A stretch of DNA of 64,000 nt, taken from assembly GCA_013416795.1 (NCBI GenBank), contig RQSC01000021.1, positions 63,929 to 127,928 of the forward strand, read 5' to 3'. The stretch is from Prasinococcaceae sp. CCMP 1430 (taxonomy: Eukaryota > Plantae > Prasinodermophyta). The notes below the pieces were generated by a model, which made no database searches, was not told the DNA's origin, and saw only the letters and a program-made list of their open reading frames with translations. Numbering within the stretch: position 1 is the stretch's first letter; the number at the start of each line of letters is the position of its first letter. Positions 55,834 to 64,000 of this stretch are shown one piece after another. Both the position numbers and the translations under genes were made by a program.

Positions 55834-55933
55834 NNNNNNNNNNNNNNNNNNNNNNNNNNNNNNNNNNNNNNNNNNNNNNNNNNNNNNNNNNNNNNNNNNN
55901 NNNNNNNNNNNNNNNNNNNNNNNNNNNNNNNNN
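55834..55933. other. Assembly gap of exactly 100 N (conventional unknown-size scaffold join)
   Basis: 100 N immediately before the telomere array. Confidence 0.95.
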
Positions 55934-56089
55934 TAAACCCTAAACCCTAAACCCTAAACCCTAAACCCTAAACCCTAAACCCTAAACCCCTAAACCCTAA
56001 ACCCTAAACCCTAAACCCTAAACCCTAAACCCTAAACCCTAAACCCTAAACCCTAAACCCTAAACCCTAAACCCTAACCCTAAACCCTA
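55934..56089 (+). repeat. Plant-type telomeric array (CCCTAAA)n, ~22 copies, oriented as a left chromosome end
   Basis: TAAACCC tandem repeats with occasional CCCCTAAA and CCCTAA variants. Confidence 0.97.
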
Positions 56090-56111
56090 CCCTGAATTCA
56101 GGGTAGGGTTT
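56082..56111. other. Perfect 30-bp palindrome at the telomere/subtelomere junction
   Basis: AAACCCTACCCTGAA|TTCAGGGTAGGGTTT is self-complementary and centred on GAATTC. Confidence 0.95.
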
Positions 56112-56419
56112 TTCAGGCTTCTTGATTCGTCTCGGCGGTTTCATGACGAGCGCCGTGCAGGCGTTTGTGCGCCCAGGTTGAGTGCGCAGAGGCTGCGGCG
56201 GATCTCTACGAGCACTTAGCACTCTTCAGATGTCTAAATGCACGCCTGAGCGCAGAGTTATGACTGTGTGACGTTTTTTTCCCATTTGATGGATTTTGAC
56301 CTACATGTACACGGACATGGAGTGGCGTGTCGGCACGCGATGTCTGCAGGGCACGTGCTGCATTTTTGTCAGGGGCGTTTTGCACGAGCGGCGCGCGCAG
56401 TGGCGCGCGGACGCGTTCC

Positions 56420-56830
56420 CGGCGGGTGTACGACCACGGGCCGCGTTTTCACGCGCCTCTTTTGCGCCCGTCGACCTCCTTTTCGTCCGTCTCTTCCCTG
56501 GAGCCCTGCTCCTCCACCACCACCTCCTCCGAGCCTGTCTCCTCCGAGACCGCCCCCTCCACCCCCTCCACCGTCTCCTCCGAGCCCGCCTCCTCCGAGC
56601 CCGCCTCCTCCGAGCCCACCTCCACCACCACCTCCCCCTCCCGAGAGCCCGCCTTCGAGGACTTCCGCGCCTTACTACGCCGGCGGCACCTCCGCAGCCA
56701 GCGCCGCCGCCGCCGCCGTGGTGGCCGCCCTCCTCTTTCCGGGGCTGCGCAGCAGGAGGCCGAGGGAGACGAGCACACCGTCGATACGGCTCCCTCTTCT
56801 TCTGCCCAGCGCGAGTGACGGCCACCAGCA
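56420..56830 (+). pseudogene. Truncated, frameshifted paralog of the FG-GAP protein's extensin stalk, TM and tail
   Basis: SPPPP repeats then RTSAPYYAGGTSAASAAAAAVVAALLFPGLRSRRPR, versus RTSGRHSAGGIAAGSVAAAAVVATLLFLWLRRRRPR at 59.1 kb. A frame shift near 56765 displaces the homologous tail (TAPSSSAQRE* vs TTPSSSAQRV*). No signal peptide or propeller upstream. Confidence 0.75.
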
Positions 56831-57719
56831 TCGGCACCACGGCCCTCGTAGATGCGGCACGAACGGCGCTCGACGCCGTACGCTGTCCTCGTGCATTTTT
56901 ACGTGCGAATTGCAGTCGGCCCCTCGCCCTCCAGCCCAGGTCAAAACGAATGCATTCTGCCAAAGCGCTCCCAATAAGAGCACTACTCTTTCCCCGCTGC
57001 ATCAGCCAGCGCTGGCCCTCGCCCTCGCCCCCTCAGTTCCAACAACAAACGCCAACCAACGTCGCTCGCGCCAAACAAACGGACAGAAAAACAAACAAAC
57101 AATTTGAAACAGCACACGAACACAAGCACTCAAACCCCAACCACCCTTCGGTACCAACCAACCGCCACGCGGGGGGGCCTTTCAAGGCGCCGGGCATGAC
57201 CGGTTCGAGTTCGGACGCGCGCGCCACAGCGCGCGCGCGCGCGCACCGCAGCCGCGCGGCGCAAGCCGCGAAGCCGACGCGCGGCGCGCTTTCAGGAGGA
57301 GCGGGGCCGCTGTTGCGGCGGGAGTGGGGGGAGGCGAACGCGCGCGGGGCAGCGCGGGGCACCCGCGTGCGAGGCGCGCGCGTGCGCGGCCTCTGCTCGC
57401 CCGCGATGCGCGCACGCTCCCAGCACGCAGGCGCTTCTTGCCTCCTCGTGGGACGGCGCCGTCATGCTGGTGGTTGCATTTTGGGTTCTTTCCGGCTCTG
57501 TTGGCGCCTCGCCTCCGCGCTGCGCGCGCGCAGCCCCGCCCGCAGCATGCGCACACCCCCCGCACGCAATGTTGCGCGCGAGTGCCCGCTGACGCTCGAA
57601 GCCCCGCTCTAATCAGCAGCCACCCTACTAACAACAGACCCCCCTCCCCCCCCCCCCAGACACACACACACCACCACCACCACAACAACAACAACAACAA
57701 CAAATCAAAACAAAACAAA

Positions 57720-59255
57720 ATGCCGACCCCTCGCCGCTTGCTTGCATCGGCTGCTGCGATGCTGGCGACCATGGCGGTGCGCATGACGCATGCCGCCCCG
57801 GTGCAAGTGTCCAAGGTGCTGGCCCCTGACCGCGAGGATGGGGACCGCCTCGGCTCCAGCGTGGCTCTCTCGGGCGACTACGCGCTGGTTGGCGCTAATC
57901 AGGACGAAGACGACGGTGGCTACGACAGCGGCAGCGCGTACGTGTTTGTGCGCTCGGGGACGTCGTGGTCGCAGCAGGCCAAGCTGGTGGCCAGCGACGG
58001 CGCGGCGTGGGAGCGCTTCGGCAAGAGCGTGGCGCTCTCGGGCGACTACGCGCTGGTGGGCGCTGATGGGGACGACGACAACGGCTTCAATAGCGGCAGC
58101 GCGTACGTGTTTATTCGCTCGGGGACGTCGTGGTCGCAGCAGGCCAAGCTGGTGGCCAGCGACGGCGCGGCGTGGGACTATTTCGGCTACAGCGTGGCGC
58201 TCGCGGGCGACTACGCGCTGGTGGGCGCTCCATATGGCGACGAGAGCGGCGATAACAGCGGCAGCGCGTACGTGTTCGTGCGGTCGGGGACGTCGTGGTC
58301 GCAGGCCAAGCTGGTGGCCATCGACGGCGCGGCGGGTGACAACTTCGGCTACAGCGTGGCGCTCTCGGGCGACTACGCGCTGGTGGGCGCTCCCGCCGAC
58401 AGCGGCTCCGGCAGCGGCAGCGTGTACGTGTTTTTGCTCGATGGGATATGGTGGTCGCAGCCGGCCAAGCTGGTGGCAAGCGACGCCGCGGCGGGTGACC
58501 TCTTCGGCGCCAGCGTGGCGCTCGCGGGCGACTACGCGCTGGTGGGCGCTCCCGAGGACATGGGCTCAGGGGGCGGCAGCGCGTACGTGTTCGTGCGCTC
58601 GGGGACGTCGTGGTCGCAGCAGGCCAAGCTTGTGGCCAGCGACGGCGCGGAGGATGACCACTTCGGCTATAGCGTGGCGCTCGCGGGCGACTACGCGCTG
58701 GTGGGCGCCCATGGGGACGAAGACAACGGCTGGTTCAGCGGCAGCGCGTACGTGTTTATTCGCTCGGGGACGTCGTGGTGGTCGCAGAAGGCCAAGCTGG
58801 TGGCCAGCGACGGCGCAGAATATGACCACTTCGGCCATAGCGTGGCGCTCTCGGGCGACTACGCGCTGGTGGGCGCTCCTTTTGACGACGACCGCAGCAA
58901 CTACACATACTACCGTGAGTATGACCATTACGGCTACGACTATCGCGGCGCGGAGCGCGGCAGCGCGTACGTGTTCGACCTGAACCCCTCGAGCCCTCCG
59001 CCCAGCCCTCCGCCGAGCCCGCCTCCTCCGAGCCCTCCTCCTCCTCCTCCGAGCCCGCCTCCTCCGAGCCCGCCTCCTCCGAGCCCGCCTCCGAGGACTT
59101 CCGGGCGTCACAGCGCCGGCGGCATCGCCGCCGGCAGCGTCGCCGCCGCTGCCGTGGTGGCCACCCTCCTCTTCCTCTGGCTGCGCAGGAGGAGGCCGAG
59201 GGATGGAGAGCGCACCAACGAGACCACTCCCTCTTCTTCTGCCCAGCGCGTGTGA
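57720..59255 (+). CDS. Type I cell-surface protein: signal peptide, 7 FG-GAP repeats (integrin-alpha-like beta-propeller), Ser-Pro extensin stalk, TM, short basic tail
   Basis: ATG at 57720 (MPTPRRLLASAAAMLATMAVRMTHA). Seven copies of FG.SVAL.GDYALVGA..D...GSAYVF (DNA period ~165 bp), then SPPPSPPPSPPPP, a hydrophobic TM and LRRRRPR. Confidence 0.92.
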   Translation: MPTPRRLLASAAAMLATMAVRMTHAAPVQVSKVLAPDREDGDRLGSSVALSGDYALVGANQDEDDGGYDSGSAYVFVRSGTSWSQQAKLVASDGAAWERFGKSVALSGDYALVGADGDDDNGFNSGSAYVFIRSGTSWSQQAKLVASDGAAWDYFGYSVALAGDYALVGAPYGDESGDNSGSAYVFVRSGTSWSQAKLVAIDGAAGDNFGYSVALSGDYALVGAPADSGSGSGSVYVFLLDGIWWSQPAKLVASDAAAGDLFGASVALAGDYALVGAPEDMGSGGGSAYVFVRSGTSWSQQAKLVASDGAEDDHFGYSVALAGDYALVGAHGDEDNGWFSGSAYVFIRSGTSWWSQKAKLVASDGAEYDHFGHSVALSGDYALVGAPFDDDRSNYTYYREYDHYGYDYRGAERGSAYVFDLNPSSPPPSPPPSPPPPSPPPPPPSPPPPSPPPPSPPPRTSGRHSAGGIAAGSVAAAAVVATLLFLWLRRRRPRDGERTNETTPSSSAQRV

Positions 59256-59602
59256 CGGCCACCAACATAAAGTGGCCACGCAGTACACCCGTCGTTTCCA
59301 TTCAAAAAAGAAAAACGGCCGGCGCCGCCCCCCCCCCCCCCGGCACACTCCTCGCGGGGGAACCAAGAATCCACGCGAATACGCGCGCGGGGCCCGCGCT
59401 GGGGGAACCGCCCCCATCAAAAAGCATTGGGAGCGTGCGCAGCTGGGTGCTATTCTACAACCTTGGTATAGCCAAAATGCCCAACCCCGAGTATGTAACC
59501 AACCACCCAACCGCCAACCGCACGCACATTCACACGCAGTTAGGGCGCGGGCCGTAGCGCGCGCGCGCCGTAGCCGCGCGCCGCGCCGCGGCGGCGCCAC
59601 AG

Positions 59603-60319
59603 CGAGGCGGCCCCCTCCGCCCCCTCCTCCTCCTCCGAGCCCGCCTCCGAAGAAGGCACAGAAGAAGACGAAGGTGAGCGCGCTGGTGCCTCCGCGCTTG
59701 CTTGTCGACGCGGCATGCCTCATCTGGCTGGCGCGACCTGTATCGCACGGGGTGACGATGCTGACGCCAGTGCCAACGCGCCGAATGTTAGGACAAGAAG
59801 GACAAGAAGGGCAAAACGAAGGGCAAAAAGAAGGGCGAGAAGGCCGAGAAGGGCGACAAGGGCAAGAAGCGCTCGAAGAAGGACATGAAGACTCCTCCAC
59901 CGCCTCCTCCGAGCCCGCCTCCCCCTCCGCCCCCTCCTCCTTCTCCTCCGAGCCCGCCTCCCCCTCCGCCCCCTCCTCCTCCTCCTCCGAGCCCGCCACC
60001 GAAGAAGGCAGAGAAGAAGACAAAGGTACGCGGGCTGGTCCCTCAGCGCTTGCTTGTCGGCGCGGCGTGCCTCACCTGGCTGGCGCGACCTGTATCGCAC
60101 GGGGTGATGATGCTGACGCCAGTGCCAACGCGCTGCATGGTTTCGTCCACGTCGTCTGCCCCACCCACCCCCACGCTCACGCGCGCACGCCAGAAGCTCT
60201 CGAAGAAGCAGGTCAAGAAGCTCTGCAAGACGGCAAAGAAGTCCAAGAAGAAGTGCAAGAAGGGCGACGCCAAGAAGAACTGCAAGTTCAGCAAGAAGAA
60301 GGGGTGCGTCCCCAAGTAG
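59603..60319 (+). CDS. Lys-rich / extensin-like spliced protein (5' end undefined) with a Cys/Lys-rich C-terminal motif
   Basis: Phase-0 introns 59674-59791 (GTGAGC...CTGAC...TTAG) and 60026-60193 (GTACGC...CCAG). Spliced product ...PPSPPPKKAQKKTK-DKKDKKGKTKG...MKTPPPPPPSPPP...KKAEKKTK-KLSKKQVKKLCKTAKKSKKKCKKGDAKKNCKFSKKKGCVPK*. Confidence 0.6.
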
Positions 60320-60659
60320 GCGCGCCAGCTGGCGGCTGCGATCGCCGCCAACCCGATAGATTGCCACCCACTCCCCCACTCAAGCGCGCTCTGCTTACAA
60401 CATCCATACCGTAAGAGCTTACATGCGGCAGAATAAGAGCTCAAACGGCGGCTCTAGAGTGAGTGTCGGGCTGCATTCGTGCGTTCAAGAAGAAGTCGTT
60501 GCTGTAGTAATAATGAGTGGGTGTCCCCGTGAGTGGGCTTCCAAGTCGCGGCCTCGGCAGCGCTCGCGTCGCTCTGCGTGCCTCTCGGCGACGCTCGCCT
60601 CGCCCGCCGTCCTCGCCACTCGAGTAGTAGTCCTAGTAGTGCCGTAGCAGTGGTACGCG

Positions 60660-61005
60660 ACCCCGGCGGGTGTACGACTACGGGCCGCGTTTTTACGCAT
60701 CTCTTTTGCTCCAGTCGACCTCCTAGCGGTCCATCCCTTTCCCCTGAGCCCTTCTCCTCCACCACCTCCTCTGAGTCCGCCCCCTCCACCGCCTCTTCCG
60801 AGCCCGCCCCCTCCGAGCCCACCTCCTCCGAGCCCGCCTCCTCCGAGCCCGCCTCCTCCGCCCCCCCCACCGCCTCCTCCGAGCCCGCCTCCTCCGAGCC
60901 CGCCTCCTCCGAGCCCGCCTCCTCCGAGCCCGCGTCCTCTGAGCCCGCCTCATCATCATCCTCCTCCTCCGAGCCCACCGCCTACCAACCAACCAAGTCG
61001 CCATG
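60660..61005 (+). pseudogene. Third extensin (SPPPP) cassette with an upstream block paralogous to 56420-56480
   Basis: CCGGCGGGTGTACGAC(C/T)ACGGGCCGCGTTTT...CTCTTTTG...GTCGACCTCC is shared with ~56421, followed by (TCCGAGCCCGCCTCC)n. No start codon in the Pro-rich frame. Confidence 0.6.
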
Positions 61006-61049
61006 AAATAACAAAAACGAATGCATTTTTTAAATAAAGCCAGTCGACG

Positions 61050-64000
61050 TCAAACGCAGCAGCCACTTGTATTTTTGTCGTCGCACACTCGCTCCTCGCC
61101 TCCCCCGCCAGCCGCCGCGCCTTCGCCCGCGCGCGGCGCTCCCGCCTCCCCCCCCATAGCCGGCCCCATCAGCAGCTTCCGCACGAGCTCCCTGCGCTCG
61201 GCCGCGCGCGTCCGCGGCTTGAAGGTGCACTCGCCCATCTCCCTGTCGCGCGCGGCCGCCTCGGCCTCGGCGCGCCTGCGGGCGGCGAGCGCGCTGCCCN
61301 NNNNNNNNNNNNNNNNNNNNNNNNNNNNNNNNNNNNNNNNNNNNNNNNNNNNNNNNNNNNNNNNNNNNNNNNNNNNNNNNNNNNNNNNNNNNNNNNNNNN
61401 NNNNNNNNNNNNNNAGCTTGGGCTGGAAGGTGCACTCGCGCTCCTCGGACGCGCGCCGCGCCGCCGCCACGGCGGCGGCGGACGTCGAGGAGAGCGGCCG
61501 CGGCGCGCTGCCCGGCCGCCGCCGCCGCCGCGGACCGCACGCGTCGGCGCCGTCACCAGCAGCAGCTCGATCCACAGCGGCTCGGTCCTCGCTCGTCCTC
61601 GCTCGACCTCCCTCTCGACCGGCGGCCCGATCCCTCCCCACGATCTCCCTGCTGCGCCTGCAGAGCCGCGGCTCGAACGTGTACTGCGCCATGTACTCGG
61701 CCGCCGCGGCCTCGCGCGCGGCGGCCGCCGCCACGGCGTCGCCGCGCGAGAGCCTCTCCACCTTGTCGTCGCCCGTCTCGCGCAGCCTGTCCGGCCGGCG
61801 CCGCCTGAGGACCTCGTCCGCGCGGCAGAGCTCCGGCTCGAACGTGCAGCCGCGCGGCTCCGTGCAGCGCGCGAGCATGCGCCGCGTGGCGCGGCGCCTC
61901 TCGAAGCGCGCCTGGCGCTCGTGGAAGGCCGGCATGCCCTTCGAGGCCACCAGCGCCTCCGACACGGCGTTCACCTGCGGCTGGAACGTCAGCTCGGCGT
62001 CGGCCGCGCGCAGCGCCTCCTCCGCCGCGCGGGAGCGCTGCGCGCCCACGCCGCCGCGCTCGCTGCCCTCGGCGGCCGGCGCGCCGCCCGCCGAGTCCTC
62101 GACCAGCGCTTCCGCGATGCGCAGCGACACCTCGTTGAGGCGGGGCTCGAAGGTGAGCTCCTCGCCTTGCTCCTGCAGCACGGCCTCGCGCGTGCGCGCG
62201 GCCGCCTCGGCGCGCTCGCGCTGCACCTCCTCCAGACGCTCGTGCAGCGGAACGCGCTGCGCGCCCGCGGCCACGCTGGCCTCCTCGGCGATGCGCGCGC
62301 TCACCGCCGAGATGGAGGGCTCGAAGGTGCACTCCTCGAGCGCGCGCAGCTCGCTGCTCGCGTGCACTTCTGCGGCGCGCTGCGCCTGGAGCGTCTGCCG
62401 ATGCAGCCGCTCCCACGCGGGCTCCTCCGCGCCGCCCAAATCGCCGCCAGCGCCAACGCCAACGCCGCCCGCCCGCGCGCCCTCCCACTCGCTCTCCGCC
62501 GGCCGCCGCGTGGCGGGCGCGAACGTGCACTCCCGCATCTCGCGCTCCTCCACCTCGAGCGCGCGCCGCGCCAGCGCGCGCCCGTCGTCCAGCCTGGGCG
62601 CGGCGAGCTCGTCCAGGCGCGCCTTGGAGATGCGGCGCCGCTCGGCGCTGGTGCTGCGCCCGCGCTCGCGCCCGCGCGCGTTGGGCTCGAAGGTGAGCTC
62701 GGCCTCCTCCTGCTCGACCATCTCCTGCGCGACGCTCTTGCGCCTGCCGGGCGACTTGGAGCGCGCGGCGACGCGCCGGCCGGGGGACCGCGAGCGCGCC
62801 GGAGGCGCGCCGCCCGCGCGCTCCTCCAGACCACTCGCCACGTCGGCCGCCAGCGCCTGCATGGTCATCTCGGCCCGCTCGGGGAGTCCCCCCGCGTCTT
62901 GCCGCGACTGCGGCGGCGGCGGCGACGGTGCGCGCGCGCGGGGGCCGGCGCCGCCGGCGGAGACGTCAGGATCGACGTACCCCGCGAGCTCGTCGGGCGC
63001 GCGGTCGGGCGGCATGCCCTTGAGTATTTCCTCTACGAGCACAGCTTGCGGCAGCGACCTGTCGTCCACGCGGTCTGCCATCGAGCGGCTCGGGTCGCGC
63101 AGGAGGGAGAGCGGAGAGAGCGAGTCGCTCAGTCGCCGCAGGAGCTGCTCCTCGTGCGCCGGAAGCGGCGCCGGCGGCAGCGCCTTCTTCTTCGAGCGCG
63201 GCGGCGGCGGGAAGAGCCTGTTCTGCGCGGCGCTCACGATCTTGCGCGTCTTGCGCTGCAGGTTGGTCGCCGCGCGGTGGATCTTGCTGCGCTTCTGGTT
63301 GTACTTCATGGCGTTCTTGGAGATGAGGTCGATGTCGTGCACGAAGGCGCGCCAGCAGGCGTACTCCTTGGCCGCCACCTTGCCGCGCAGGGTTGTGAAG
63401 TCCATGGGCGTCTCGATGACCTTGTCGTAGCCGGGCGCGAGCGACGCGTCGACCGGCTCGAGGAACGTCCCGGACGGGTCGCACCTGGCGCACTCCTCCA
63501 CCACGGCCGCGAGCTCGTCGCCCGCCTTGGCGAGGAACGCGTCGCCCGTGCACGCGTCGATCGCCTGGTTCTGCGAGGGCGGGGCGCCGGCCTGCGGCGG
63601 CGGCGGCAGCTGCTGGTGCTGGTGCTCCCGCGCGCCGGCCTGCTGCCGCGCCTGCGCCTGCGCGTGGGCCTGCGCCTGCCCCTGCGCCTGCGCGACCCCC
63701 GAGACCTGCTGCTGCACGCTGCCCTGCTCGCCGCTCACCTCGACGGCGGCCGCCTCCTCCGCCGACACGTCGGCCGACGCGACCGCAGGCCGCTGCGCCT
63801 TGGCGTCGGCGCCGGCGCCGCCCATGCTCCCCGACTCCCTGCCGTGGTCGGGGCAGCCGCCCAGCACGGTACCCGGGCTCGCCCCCGCCGCGGCGCTGTC
63901 CGTCCCCTGCTCCTCCTGCTGCTGCTGCCGCTGCCGCTTGTCGCCGCCGCCGCTCGCGATGAGCTGCTCGGCGGGCTGCGCCGGCGCGGCCGGCGAGGCG
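61050..64000 (-). CDS. Bromodomain protein fused to a TFxP ((E/C)xTFxP) repeat region; 5' end beyond the window, internal gap
   Basis: The frame is open to the window end. Bromodomain DPSGTFLEPVDASLAPGYDKVIETPMDFTTL...Y..W..FVHDIDLISKNAMKYN. Eight motifs (ELTFEP, ECTFAP, ECTFEP, ELTFEP, ELTFQP, GCTFEP, QYTFEP, ECTFQP) precede the gap and a ninth (ECTFKP) follows it. Stop at 61050. Confidence 0.8.
61300..61414. other. Assembly gap (115 N)
   Basis: N run inside the bromodomain/TFxP gene. Confidence 0.99.

Noticed and set aside
57900-58900. Regularly spaced direct repeats resembling a CRISPR array
   Set aside because: The period of ~165 bp is a multiple of 3, the repeats are in-frame FG-GAP coding units, the context is eukaryotic and there are no cas genes.

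Overview
Compact, very GC-rich eukaryotic nuclear DNA. The inferred source is an early-diverging (prasinophyte-grade) green alga: plant-type (CCCTAAA)n telomere repeats, TGTAA poly(A)-type signals after several stop codons, short GT-AG introns with GTGCGT/GTGAGC donors and CTGAC branch points, and a plant-type mitochondrial ATP synthase 6 kDa subunit. Bases 1-55,833 are a dense block of mostly housekeeping genes: TMEM131, DNAAF1/ODA7, aftiphilin-like, alpha/beta hydrolase, SEC24, ATP synthase 6 kDa, eIF2B-delta, RPT2, TM9SF, UFC1, RRM+SPOC, Kv channel, NO66, SPRING1-like and Patched/NPC1-like. A few odd genes sit among them: an HNH-like toxin-nuclease-type protein, a cyanobacterial-type DUF815 protein with a degenerate P-loop, and a FucP half-transporter fragment. 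After an exactly 100-N gap, a ~22-copy telomere array ending in a perfect 30-bp palindrome opens a subtelomere-like mosaic (56.1-61.0 kb). The mosaic holds an intact 7-bladed FG-GAP/extensin surface protein, truncated or frameshifted paralogous cassettes, and a Lys/Pro-rich gene built from a duplicated exon+intron unit. The window ends in a bromodomain protein fused to TFxP repeats. Protein family calls come from motif recognition by eye, not database searches. Most listed six-frame ORFs are GC-driven shadows.
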